Source: an uncultured beta proteobacterium (GTDB lineage: Bacteria; Pseudomonadota; Gammaproteobacteria; Burkholderiales; SG8-39). Taken from it: a stretch of DNA of 64,000 bases. The notes below the pieces were generated by a model. The model did not search any database, was not told the origin of the DNA, and worked only from the letters and a program-made list of their open reading frames with translations. The stretch is from assembly GCA_963719995.1 (NCBI GenBank), contig CAVRDW010000005.1, positions 2,169,975 through 2,233,974 of the forward strand, read 5' to 3'. Positions 42,172 through 50,475 of this stretch are shown in pieces (positions within the stretch are counted from its first letter, which is position 1; each line of letters opens with the position of its first letter). The translations under genes were made by a program, and so were the position numbers.

Positions 42172-43368
42172 GTGCTCTACAACCTGTACGAAGCGCAGCA
42201 CATCTGGCTCACGCCCTTCCGCTTCGTTGCGGAGTGGCAGCGGGGGATGTTTGGCCACCCTTTCAGCCCCTGGGCGCTGGCGCCGATCGCCAAGCAGCTC
42301 GCCGCCTCGAACGACCTCTTCCTGCGCATCACGCAGCGCTATGAAAAGCCCGCGTGGCGCATCGACGAAGCCGAAATCGAAATCGCTCTCGATAAGCCCT
42401 TCTGCAAGCTCCTGCACTTCAAGCACCGCCACGCCGCCCCTCGCAACGCACCCAAGGTTCTGATCGTCGCCCCGCTTTCGGGCCACCACTCCACGCTGCT
42501 GCGCGACACGGTGCGCGCGCTCATGGCGGAGCACGACGTCTGGATCACGGACTGGGTGGATGCGCGCATGGTGCCGATGGCCGCGGGCGTGTTCCATCTG
42601 GCTGACTACGTGGATTACATACGTGAGTTCATTCGGCTGCTTTCACCTGACTTGCACGTGATCTCGGTGTGCCAGCCCACGGTGCCGGTGCTTTGCGCGA
42701 TCGCGCTGATGGCCGAGACGGGCGAGGTGACGCCGCCCAAGACCATGGTGATGATGGGCGGGCCGATCGACGCCCGCAAGAGCCCCACCGCGGTGAACAA
42801 CCTCGCGATGACGCGGCCGCATTCGTGGTTCGAGCGCAACGTCATCCAGCGCGTGCCCGACAAGTACCCGGGCTATTCGCGGCGCGTCTATCCGGGCTTC
42901 CTGCAGCACCTGGGCTTCGTGGCGATGAATCCCGATCGCCACCTCAACGCGCATTGGGAGTACTTCAACCACCTCGTGGAAGGCGACGACGACTCCGCCG
43001 ACCGCCACCGCGAGTTCTACGACGAATACAACGCGGTGATCGACCTGCCGGCCGAGTACTACCTCGACACGGTGAAGGCGGTGTTCCAGGACTTCGCGCT
43101 GCCCAAGGGCCGCATGTTCGTGAGGGATCGCCTCGTGCGCCCGCAGACGATCCGCGAGACGGCGCTGCTCACCATCGAAGGCGAGCTCGACGACATCTCG
43201 GGCAACGGCCAGACGGAAGCCGCGCACCTGCTGTGCCTCAACATCCCGCGCGAGCGGCGCCAGCACTACCTCGCGCCTCGGGTCGGCCACTACGGCATCT
43301 TCAGCGGCCGGCGCTGGCGCGACATGATCTACCCCCGGGTCCGGGAGTTCATCCGCATCCATGCGTGA
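42172..43368 (+). CDS. phaZ: Intracellular polyhydroxyalkanoate depolymerase
   Basis: A GTG start follows GGAGAGG. VLYNLYEAQHIWLTPFRF..., LIVAPLSGHHSTLLRDTV and GHYGIFSGRRWR match the PhaZ (PHB depolymerase) family pattern. Confidence 0.8.
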   Translation: MLYNLYEAQHIWLTPFRFVAEWQRGMFGHPFSPWALAPIAKQLAASNDLFLRITQRYEKPAWRIDEAEIEIALDKPFCKLLHFKHRHAAPRNAPKVLIVAPLSGHHSTLLRDTVRALMAEHDVWITDWVDARMVPMAAGVFHLADYVDYIREFIRLLSPDLHVISVCQPTVPVLCAIALMAETGEVTPPKTMVMMGGPIDARKSPTAVNNLAMTRPHSWFERNVIQRVPDKYPGYSRRVYPGFLQHLGFVAMNPDRHLNAHWEYFNHLVEGDDDSADRHREFYDEYNAVIDLPAEYYLDTVKAVFQDFALPKGRMFVRDRLVRPQTIRETALLTIEGELDDISGNGQTEAAHLLCLNIPRERRQHYLAPRVGHYGIFSGRRWRDMIYPRVREFIRIHA

Positions 43369-43427
43369 AATTGGGGTCAGGGCCGAATTCTTTCCGCCGG
43401 AAAAAATTCGGCCCTGACCCCAATTTT
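43368..43427. repeat. REP-like hairpin pair
   Basis: AAATTGGGGTCAGGGCCGAATTC ...(loop)... AAATTCGGCCCTGACCCCAATTT forms a near-perfect long stem immediately after the phaZ stop. Confidence 0.9.
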
Positions 43428-43444
43428 CTGGCCGCCGATTCCCT

Positions 43445-44098
43445 GTGCCTGAGGCCCGCGCTGCGCTTCTGGTTGGCGCCACAGGGCTGGTCGGTTCGTT
43501 CCTTCTTCAGCAGCTACTCGAATCCGACCGGTACGCACGCGTCGCGGTGTGGGCGCGGCGCGACATCGGCAAGACGCACCCGAAGCTGAGATCCGCGGTC
43601 GTCGACTTCGACCGGCTGCACGAGCGCCAAGTCGAGGCCGAGGACGTCTTCTGCTGCCTCGGCACGACCATCAAGGTGGCGGGCTCGCAGGCGGCGTTCC
43701 GGCGCGTGGACTACGATCTTCCCGTGGCGCTGGCGATCGCGGCGGCGGGCGGCGGTGCGCGGCGGCTGCTCGTTGTTTCGGCGCTCGGCGCGAATCCGGA
43801 CTCGAAGATTTTCTACAACCGAGTGAAGGGCGAGATGGAGATCGCGGTCCGCGCCGCCGGCGTGCCGGTGACGATCTTCTTCCGGCCGTCGCTTCTCTCC
43901 GGCCCGCGAACCGAGGTGAGAAGGGGCGAGCGCATCGGCGAGGCGATCGGCGCGCTGCTCGGGCCGCTGCTGGGTAAATACCGCCCGATCCACGCCGACC
44001 TCGTCGCCGCGGCGATGCTCAGGGCGGCGCTCGAGAACCACCCCTCCGAAATCATCGAATCCGGCGAGATCCGCAAATTGGGGTCAGGGCCGAATTAA
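43445..44098 (+). CDS. NAD(P)H-binding (NmrA/HTATIP2-like atypical SDR) protein
   Basis: LLVGATGLVGSFLLQQLL is the Rossmann GxxGxxG motif. The last residues KLGSGPN and the stop codon are encoded by a REP copy. Confidence 0.7.
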   Translation: MPEARAALLVGATGLVGSFLLQQLLESDRYARVAVWARRDIGKTHPKLRSAVVDFDRLHERQVEAEDVFCCLGTTIKVAGSQAAFRRVDYDLPVALAIAAAGGGARRLLVVSALGANPDSKIFYNRVKGEMEIAVRAAGVPVTIFFRPSLLSGPRTEVRRGERIGEAIGALLGPLLGKYRPIHADLVAAAMLRAALENHPSEIIESGEIRKLGSGPN

Positions 44099-44170
44099 TC
44101 GAGGCCAGGCGTAATTGGGGTCAGGGCCGAGTTCTTTTCGGCGAAATTTATTCGGCCCTGACCCCGATTT
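44075..44170. repeat. REP-like element cluster (2 forward copies, 1 inverted)
   Basis: Copies lie at 44075, 44111 and (inverted) 44149. The cluster bridges the convergent NAD-binding gene and cysB. Confidence 0.9.
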
Positions 44171-44171
44171 C

Positions 44172-45116
44172 CTACAGCTCGTACTTGGAGCCTTCCGCGC
44201 CCGTCACCGCCGGCTCAACGATCGAGCGCGGCAGGTGGGGGACGAACATCTCGATGAACTCGTAGGCGTATCGCCGCAGGTAGGCGCCGCGCTTGATGCC
44301 CAGGCGCGTGGTGCTCGACTCGAAGAGGTGCACGGCGTCCAGCGCTTTCAGGCCCGCGTCGCGCTTCGCGTTGAAGGCCATCGCCGCCATGATCCCCACT
44401 CCCAGGCCCAGCTCCACGTAGGTCTTGATCACGTCGGCATCCAGCGCGGTGAGCACGACCTTGGGCTGCAGCCCGCGCTGCTCGAAGGCCTTTTCCACGA
44501 GCGAGCGGTTGGCGAACGCGAAGTCGTAGGTGACGATGGGGTACTTCGCCACGGCTTCGAGCGTGAGCGGCTTCACGCGGGTGAGCGGGTGCCGCGCGGG
44601 CACCACCACGCAGCGGTTCCACTGGTAGCAGGGCAGCGACACGAGCTCCGGGTACTCGGCGATCTGCTCGGTGGCGATGGCGAACTCGGCCTCGCCGCGC
44701 AGCACCAACTCGCAGATCTGCGTCGGATTGCCCTGGTGGATGACGAGCTGCACGTCCGGGTACTTGCGCTTGAACGCCGCCACGGCCCTGGGCAGCGCGT
44801 AGCGCGCTTGCGTGTGCGTGGTGGCGATGGTGAGGGAGCCCAGCTTCTGGTTGGCGTACTCCTCGCCCGCGCGCTTCAGGTTCGCCGCCTCGGCGAGGAT
44901 GCGCTCGGCGATGGCAAGCACGGCGCGGCCGGGCTCGGTGAGGGAGGTGAGGCGCTTGCCGTGGCGCACGAAGATCTCCACGCCCAGCTCGTCTTCGAGC
45001 TCCTTCACCTGGCGCGAAACGCCGGGCTGCGAGGTGTGCAACGCCTCGGCCGCCGCCGAGACGCTCAGGTCCCTGCGCGCGATCTCGCAGAGGTAGCGCA
45101 GCTGCTGGATCTTCAT
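44172..45116 (-). CDS. cysB: LysR-family transcriptional regulator CysB
   Basis: MKIQQLRYLCEIARRDLSVSAAAEALHTSQPGVSRQVKELEDELGVEIF and the remainder resemble CysB/Cbl. The gene is divergent from the sulfite reductase gene. Confidence 0.85.
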   Translation of the reverse strand: MKIQQLRYLCEIARRDLSVSAAAEALHTSQPGVSRQVKELEDELGVEIFVRHGKRLTSLTEPGRAVLAIAERILAEAANLKRAGEEYANQKLGSLTIATTHTQARYALPRAVAAFKRKYPDVQLVIHQGNPTQICELVLRGEAEFAIATEQIAEYPELVSLPCYQWNRCVVVPARHPLTRVKPLTLEAVAKYPIVTYDFAFANRSLVEKAFEQRGLQPKVVLTALDADVIKTYVELGLGVGIMAAMAFNAKRDAGLKALDAVHLFESSTTRLGIKRGAYLRRYAYEFIEMFVPHLPRSIVEPAVTGAEGSKYEL

Positions 45117-45131
45117 AATAACCGTACCGCA

Positions 45132-45149
45132 TAAGATACTAACATCTTA
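45132..45149. promoter_or_regulatory. Candidate LysR-type (T-N11-A-like) palindrome in the cysB / sulfite reductase divergent promoter region
   Basis: TAAGATACTAACATCTTA is a perfect 6-bp inverted repeat with a 6-nt spacer, 16 nt upstream of the cysB start. Confidence 0.35.
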
Positions 45150-45262
45150 GTCTTTGTGGGCATAAGCTCCCGCGGGAGAATCAGCGCCCATGGAGCCGTC
45201 CTTCGAGATTCCTGGTGAGTTGGCGGGCGCGACCGCTGGCCGCCCGGCGAGCCGCTAGCGCC

Positions 45263-47089
45263 ATGTACCTCTACGACCCCATCGACCAGCGCATCGTCGA
45301 CGAGCGCGTCGCCCAGTTCCTCGACCAGACCCGGCGCTATCTCGCCGGCAAGCTGTCGGAAGACGACTTTCGCCCATTGCGGCTGCAGAACGGCCTCTAT
45401 ATCCAGCGCTACGCGCCGATGCTGCGCGTGGCGATCCCCTACGGGATCCTGTCCTCCACGCAGCTGCGCAAGCTCGCGCACATCGCGCGCAAGTACGACC
45501 GCGGCTACGGCCACTTCTCCACGCGGCAGAACCTGCAGCTCAACTGGCCGAAGCTGGAGGAGGTGCCCGCGATTCTCGCCGAGCTGGCAAGCGTGCAGAT
45601 GCACGCCATCCAGACCTCGGGCAACTGCATCCGCAACATCACCACCGACCACTTTGCCGGCGTGGCGCGCGACGAGCTGGTGGACTCTTTCGTCTGGTGC
45701 GAGCTGCTGCGCCAGTGGTCCGCCATCCACCCCGAGTTCGCCTACCTGCCGCGCAAATTCAAGATCGCGGTGAACGGCGCCGAGGCCGACCGCGCCGCCA
45801 CCTTCCTGCACGACATCGGCCTGCAGGCGGTCAGGAAATCGGGGTCAGGAGTCGACCCCATTTCGCTTGCGAGCGAAATTGGGGTCTGACCCCAATTTCC
45901 CCGATTTCATCGGCTTCCGGGTCATCGTCGGCGGGGGCATGGGCCGCACGCCGATGATCGGGCAGGCGATCCGCGAGTTCCTGCCGTGGCGCCACCTGCT
46001 CACCTACCTCGAGGCCATCCTGCGTGTCTACAACCGCCACGGCCGGCGCGACAACAAGTACAAGGCGCGCATCAAGATCCTCGTGCGCGAGCGCGGCATC
46101 GAGGCTTTCCGCGAAGAGGTGGAGGCCGAGTGGGAGCACCTGCGCGATGGCCCCTCCACGCTGACCGTCGAAGAGGTGCGCCGCGTAGAGAGCCGCTTCA
46201 CGCGGCCGGCGTATGAGAAGCCGGGGTCAGACCCCAATTCGGCTCGCAAGCGAAATTGGGGTCTGACCCCAATTTGGCCGGCCCCTTCGCCGCCTGGCGC
46301 AAGCGCAACGTCCATCCGCACAAGCAGCCCGGCTATGCCGCGGTGACGCTGTCGCTGAAGAAGACGGGCGTGCCGCCGGGCGACGTCACCGACGCTCAGA
46401 TGGACGCCATCGCCGATCTCGCCGATCGCTATAGCTTTGGCGAACTGCGCGTTACGCACGAGCAGAACCTCGTGCTCGCGGACGTGCGCGAGGACCGGCT
46501 GGAGGCGCTCTGGCGCGAGGCCAAAGCGCTCGGCCTCGCCACGCCGAACATCGGCCTGCTGACCAACATCATTGCCTGCCCGGGCGGGGACTTCTGCGCG
46601 CTCGCCAACGCCAAGTCGATCCCGGTCGCCGAGGCCATCCAGCGTCTGTTCGACGACCTCGATTACCTGCACGACATCGGCGAGCTCGACCTCAACATCT
46701 CCGGCTGCATCAATTCCTGCGGCCACCACCACGTCGGCCACATCGGCGTGCTGGGCGTGGACAAGCAGGGCGCCGAGTTCTACCAGGTGACGATCGGCGG
46801 GAACCAGGGAAATCGGGGTCAGGGCCGCATTTCTGCCGCCGGAAAGAATTCGGCCCTGACCCCAATTTCGGCCCCCGCGTCAGTAGGCAAGGTGATCGGG
46901 CCGGCGTTCGCCCAGCACGAGGTGCCCTGGGTGGTGGAGCGCCTGATCGAGACCTACCTGCAGCTCCGCGAAAGCGAGGAGGAGCGCTTCGTGGATTGCG
47001 TGCACCGCATCGGCATCGAACCCTTCAAGGAGAACGTCTATGGCAGCGCTGATTCGCCGCGCCAGGATCGAGAGGCTGCGCTCGCCTGA
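45263..47089 (+). CDS. cysI: Sulfite reductase hemoprotein (NirA/CysI-type sirohaem Fe-S enzyme). It is interrupted by three REP insertions, two of which are associated with frame changes.
   Basis: One piece is MYLYDPIDQRIVDERVAQF...QNGLYIQRYAPMLRVAIPYG...SGNCIRNITTD. A second is FRVIVGGGMGRTP. A third is NIIACPGGDFCALANAKS...ISGCINSCGHHHVGHIGVLG. Frame 2 runs up to about 45889, frame 0 covers 45867-46346, and frame 2 resumes from 46256. Confidence 0.85.
45836..45898. repeat. Variant REP-like palindromes inside the sulfite reductase gene (site 1)
   Basis: AAATCGGGGTCAGGAGTCGACCCCATTT followed by GCGAAATTGGGGTCTGACCCCAATTT. An in-frame TGA at 45887-45889 lies within it. Confidence 0.85.
46221..46275. 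repeat. Variant REP-like palindromes inside the sulfite reductase gene (site 2)
   Basis: CCGGGGTCAGACCCCAATT followed by GCGAAATTGGGGTCTGACCCCAATTT. This is the same 26-mer found at site 1. Confidence 0.85.
46810..46869. repeat. REP-like hairpin pair inside the sulfite reductase gene (site 3, in frame)
   Basis: AAATCGGGGTCAGGGCCGCATTT ... GAATTCGGCCCTGACCCCAATTTC spans 60 nt. It is translated in frame as [20 protein letters not shown], between VTIGGNQG and APASVGKVIGPAF. Confidence 0.9.
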
Positions 47090-47552
47090 TGCGCACCTAG
47101 CTGACACGGCCGCAGCTGGGGCGGCCGAGGTGGCTGCGGGAGAGGTGCTGCGCCTGGAGCCCGCCGACGATCCGGCGGCGTTCGCCCATCGCCTCGGCGC
47201 GGTATCGCGGGTGGAAGTGAACTTCCCGAGCTTCACGGACGGGCGCGGCTACTCGATCGCGCGCCTGCTCCGCGAGCGCCACGGCTATGTCGGAGAGTTG
47301 CGCGCGGTGGGAGATGTCCAGCGCGACCACCTCTTCAACCTCGCGCGCTGCGGGTTCGATACCTTCCTGCTGCGCAAGGACGAGGACGCCGACGAGGCGC
47401 TGGCTGCCTTCGACGACTTCAGCGAGACCTACCAGGCCTCGGTGGAGGAGCCGCAACCGCTCTTCCGCCGGCGCCGGAAATCGGGGTCAGGGCCGAATTA
47501 TTCTCGCGCGGAAAAACTCGGCCCTGACCCCGATTTCCTGAACGCGAGGTAG
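47040..47552 (+). CDS. DUF934-family protein (sulfite-reductase-associated)
   Basis: FPSFTDGRGYSIARLLRERHGYVGELRAVGDVQRDHLFNLARCGFDTF is the DUF934 core. The gene overlaps the end of the sulfite reductase gene. Its C-terminal roughly 25 residues ([24 protein letters not shown]) are REP-encoded. Confidence 0.8.
   Translation: MAALIRRARIERLRSPDAHLADTAAAGAAEVAAGEVLRLEPADDPAAFAHRLGAVSRVEVNFPSFTDGRGYSIARLLRERHGYVGELRAVGDVQRDHLFNLARCGFDTFLLRKDEDADEALAAFDDFSETYQASVEEPQPLFRRRRKSGSGPNYSRAEKLGPDPDFLNAR
47478..47537. repeat. REP-like hairpin pair shared by the 3-prime ends of two convergent genes
   Basis: The forward copy lies at 47478 and the inverted copy ends at 47537. The DUF934 gene (plus strand) reads through it to 47552, and dsbB (minus strand) ends inside it at 47498. 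Confidence 0.9.
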
Positions 47553-48037
47553 AGGGCGACGAGGGCGAAGCCCGCGAACCAGAGAAGCGACCACTCGGCG
47601 ATCGACAGGCCGAGGAATCGCCAGTGCACTTCGGCGCACTGCCCCGTGCCGCGCACGAGCATCTGCAGCGTGCGCGCGACCGGAAAGTTGTCCAGCATGT
47701 AGAAGAGATCCGGGCCGCACGCCGGCACCAGCTCTGGCGGCAAGTGCTGCAAATACACCTGGCGCGCGGCGACCCCGAAGCCGCCCGCGGCGAACAGGAA
47801 CGCAGCGCTCGAATAGATGCGCGCACCGAGCCGCGCCGGCCCGTGGATCGCGCCCGCGAGCAGCGTCAGCCCGATCGCGTAATAGAAGCCGCGCTGCAGC
47901 AGGCACAGGGGACAGGGGTCCTGGCCCTCGAAGTACTGGAGGTAGTAACCGCACGACAGCAGCCCGGCGCAGGCCACCGCGACAAAAAGAGATATCTGGC
48001 GAAACGATATCTTTGACAGCGTCCCAAAAATCTTCAT
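47498..48037 (-). CDS. dsbB: Disulfide bond formation protein B
   Basis: Four TM segments, the CPLC motif (QDPCPLCLLQR) and a second Cys pair (PACGPD...GQCAEV) are present. The C-terminal KSGSGPSFSARE is REP-encoded. Confidence 0.85.
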   Translation of the reverse strand: MKIFGTLSKISFRQISLFVAVACAGLLSCGYYLQYFEGQDPCPLCLLQRGFYYAIGLTLLAGAIHGPARLGARIYSSAAFLFAAGGFGVAARQVYLQHLPPELVPACGPDLFYMLDNFPVARTLQMLVRGTGQCAEVHWRFLGLSIAEWSLLWFAGFALVALYLAFRKSGSGPSFSARE

Positions 48038-48243
48038 GCGAATTCGGAAGTTACCACGAACGGGGGGCGCGACCTGCCAGGTGACGAAGCTGGATGGGAC
48101 GCGATTTCAACGCTCGAAGTACGTGGCATGTACCAGGACATGGGATAGACCTTTCGCGCATGACAGGAATAGACTCCGCCGAACTGGCCGCGCTATACGC
48201 CGAACGCGCTCTTGTTTTCCATTCAGCTCATTGGGGGTTGATC

Positions 48244-48535
48244 ATGCGCAAGCTCAGCAAACTCTCCATCGTTGTCCTTTGCGCGCTGGGCGTCACCGCC
48301 GTTACCGCGCAGACGGTTCAGCGCGATGGCAAGGAAGTGAATGCCCGCGCAAACGCGCGCGCCCGTCAAGGTCGCGCAGGCGCCCGCGGGTGGGGCTGCG
48401 GAAGGCGGCGCGGCAGGTGGGGCGGCCGCCGGAGGGGTTAGCGCCGGTGCAATTGTTGCGGTAGCCGTCGGCGTTGCTGTAGTTGCGGCAGCGGCGAGCG
48501 GCGGCAGCGATTCCACGCCCCAGCACAGCCCGTAA
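48244..48535 (+). CDS. Small secreted/anchored Gly-Ala-rich protein (apparent frameshift near 48345)
   Basis: The signal peptide is MRKLSKLSIVVLCALGVTAVTAQ. The sequence continues in the frame of ORF 48341..48535 (APAGGAAEGGAAGGAAAGGVSAGAIVAVAVGVAVVAAAASGGSDSTPQHSP). Confidence 0.5.
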
Positions 48536-48559
48536 GCGCGCGGAATTCCGGCTCGAAGC

Positions 48560-48581
48560 AAAGGCCCCGCGAGGGGCCTTT
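48560..48581. terminator. Hairpin between convergent genes (probable bidirectional intrinsic terminator)
   Basis: AAAGGCCCC GCGA GGGGCCTTT forms a 9-bp stem with a tetraloop, followed by TCGCGTTTCT. Confidence 0.6.
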
Positions 48582-48588
48582 CGCGTTT

Positions 48589-49034
48589 CTAGGGACGACG
48601 CAGCGTGCCCGGCAACGCGCAGGTCGCCGACTTGTGGCCGGCCTTCACCAGCATGGCCGCCATCTGCTCGCATTCCTGGCGCACGCGCTCCTTCGGCCCT
48701 TCCATCGCCAGGCGCATGCCCGGCGCGACCACCACGTGCATCGGCACTGGGTCGCCAGCGAGGAGCGCGAACTCGAAGCTCTGCAGCTCGCGCTCGCAGC
48801 GCGCATAGACGCACGTCGCACTGCAAGGCAGCGTGCCTTGATCGGCCCGAGGAAGCGGTCGTTCGCTTCGCCGCATGCGCTTCGCTGCGCGGTGCGGTCC
48901 TGCACCATGACGAAGGTGTAGCCGTCGGCCGAGGTGAGTTTGGACACCGGGTAGTAGCTCTGGTTGGCGACGTGATAGCGCGCGAGCATCGAGCCAAGCA
49001 CGAGCAGGACGAGGATGACGATGGCTTGCTTCAT
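48589..49034 (-). CDS. Hypothetical membrane-anchored protein (apparent frameshift near 48840)
   Basis: MKQAIVILVLLVLGSMLARYHVANQSYYPVSKLTSADGYTFVMVQDRTAQRSACGEANDRFLGPIKA joins GTLPCSATCVYARCERELQSFEFALLAGDPVPMHVVVAPGMRLAMEGPKERVRQECEQMAAMLVKAGHKSATCALPGTLRRP. I recognise no family. Confidence 0.45.
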
Positions 49035-49037
49035 GCG

Positions 49038-49637
49038 TCAGTAGACGCCCGGAATCAGGCGCGCGCTGCGCCTGCGGTAGTCGGCATAGTCCGGAAACTG
49101 CGCTTCCAGCACCTTCTCCTCCTCGTGCATGCGCCAGAGCTGCACTGCGAACTGCGCCGCGACGAGCAGCGCCGCGCCCACGGAGCGATATTGCAGCAGC
49201 ACGCCGATCGTCGCCACTGCCTCGGCAAGATAGAGGGGGTGCCGGATTCTGGAGTAGATGCCCTCGGTGACGAGGCGGCGCGCCTCGGGCATCACGGAAA
49301 ACGATCGCCCGAGCTGGCTGAGCGCGACTGCGCAGAGGAAATTCCCGCCAAGGAGCAGCGAGATCGAGACCGAGTCCCAGGCGGCATCGGGCGCCGCGCG
49401 CGGAAAGAGCAGCAGCGCGTAGAGCATCGTCAGCCCGGCGAGCGCGGCGATGCGCGGCAGCCAGCCCTCGGACTTGCGCAGCGGCCGGCGCCGCGCCAGC
49501 GTCATCACGGCGATGAGGGCGAGGAACAGCATCGTCGCCACGTGCGCCGAGACCTTCAGCCAGCCCTGCGCCGCCTCCAGCGCCAGCCACTCGCGCCACA
49601 AGAAATACCCCGCCCCCACCGACAGCGGCAGGCGCAT
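49038..49637 (-). CDS. Isoprenylcysteine carboxyl methyltransferase (ICMT)/phospholipid methyltransferase-family membrane protein
   Basis: These are the last 199 codons of ORF 49038..50288. RLVTEGIYSRIRHPLYLAEAVATIGVLL and EEKVLEAQFPDYADYRRRSARLIPGVY are typical of the ICMT family. Confidence 0.75.
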   Translation of the reverse strand: MRLPLSVGAGYFLWREWLALEAAQGWLKVSAHVATMLFLALIAVMTLARRRPLRKSEGWLPRIAALAGLTMLYALLLFPRAAPDAAWDSVSISLLLGGNFLCAVALSQLGRSFSVMPEARRLVTEGIYSRIRHPLYLAEAVATIGVLLQYRSVGAALLVAAQFAVQLWRMHEEEKVLEAQFPDYADYRRRSARLIPGVY

Positions 49638-49648
49638 GAGGAGGTCGT

Positions 49649-49708
49649 AAATTGGGGTCAGGGCCGAATTTTTTCCGGCGGAAAAAATTCGGCCCTGACC
49701 CCAATTTT
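49649..49708. repeat. REP-like hairpin pair
   Basis: AAATTGGGGTCAGGGCCGAATTTTTT ... AAAAAATTCGGCCCTGACCCCAATTT. Confidence 0.9.
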
Positions 49709-49711
49709 GCC

Positions 49712-50377
49712 CTAGAGACAAGGTATCCACTCCGTGGGAGTGTCCCAGACCACGTCGTCCTTTTGCAGCTCGACGCCGGCAATGACGTGGCGGTGCGTGC
49801 CGGGGTCGTTCACGCGCACGCCCACCTGTTCCCCTGAGACGCCCACCACGGTGCCGCGGATCCATTCGCCGAGCGCGATGCCGACCGGCATCTCGCGGCA
49901 GACCTTCTGGCCTTCTACCGCCACGGCCTTCTTCGCCTCCTCCTCGAACCTGTACCGCGCCATCATCATCGGCGTGGCATAGCCCGTGATGCGATCCTCC
50001 GCCCACGTCCCCTTGTAGACGTCGCCCGTCGCGAAGCGGTAGGTACCCTCGCCGTGGCGCTGGTCGGCGAGGTAGCCGCCCTCGTAGCTCTCGCCGGCCC
50101 AGCGCCCGCGGCCCCAGGTGTACTTGCCGCGACCCTCGCGGCGGTCTTCCACGAACTCGCCCTCGTAGCGGTCGCCGCTCGCCCAGGTCTTCACGCCCTG
50201 GCCGTGCTTCTTCCCGGCCCGGAAGCCGCCGCGATACTCCGCTGTCCCCTGCGCGTGCCCGGTTCCCTCGGCGAACCCGTCCTTGCACGGCCCGGCGTAC
50301 GACCCCTGCAGCTCCGGGTCGAGAACCTTGCAGGTTTGGGCCAACGCCGCCACGGGGAAGAGCGCCAAGAAGGACAC
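49712..50377 (-). CDS. MORN-repeat protein with a signal-like N-terminus
   Basis: These are the C-terminal codons of ORF 49712..51634. They carry the MORN repeats YRGGFRAGKKHGQGVKTWASGDRYEGEFVEDRREGRGKYTW...YEGGYLADQRHGEGTYRFATGDVYKGTW. No ATG is available, so GTG 50377 (VSFLALFPVAALAQ) is a guess and the frame stays open into the REP. Confidence 0.6.
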   Translation of the reverse strand: MSFLALFPVAALAQTCKVLDPELQGSYAGPCKDGFAEGTGHAQGTAEYRGGFRAGKKHGQGVKTWASGDRYEGEFVEDRREGRGKYTWGRGRWAGESYEGGYLADQRHGEGTYRFATGDVYKGTWAEDRITGYATPMMMARYRFEEEAKKAVAVEGQKVCREMPVGIALGEWIRGTVVGVSGEQVGVRVNDPGTHRHVIAGVELQKDDVVWDTPTEWIPCL

Positions 50378-50413
50378 GACAAGCGCGAGACCCGCCGTGA
50401 AAACTGGGGCAAT

Positions 50414-50472
50414 AAATGGGGTCAGGGCCGAATTAATCTCGGCGAAAAGAATTCGGCCCTGACCCCGATTTC
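50414..50472. repeat. REP-like hairpin pair
   Basis: AAATGGGGTCAGGGCCGAATTA ... GAATTCGGCCCTGACCCCGATTTC. Confidence 0.9.
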
Positions 50473-50475
50473 GGT

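Noticed and set aside
48038-48243. The roughly 200-bp dsbB upstream region considered for a small RNA or riboswitch
   Set aside because: No conserved structure or motif is recognisable by eye. It is most simply a divergent promoter region for dsbB and the small secreted-protein gene.
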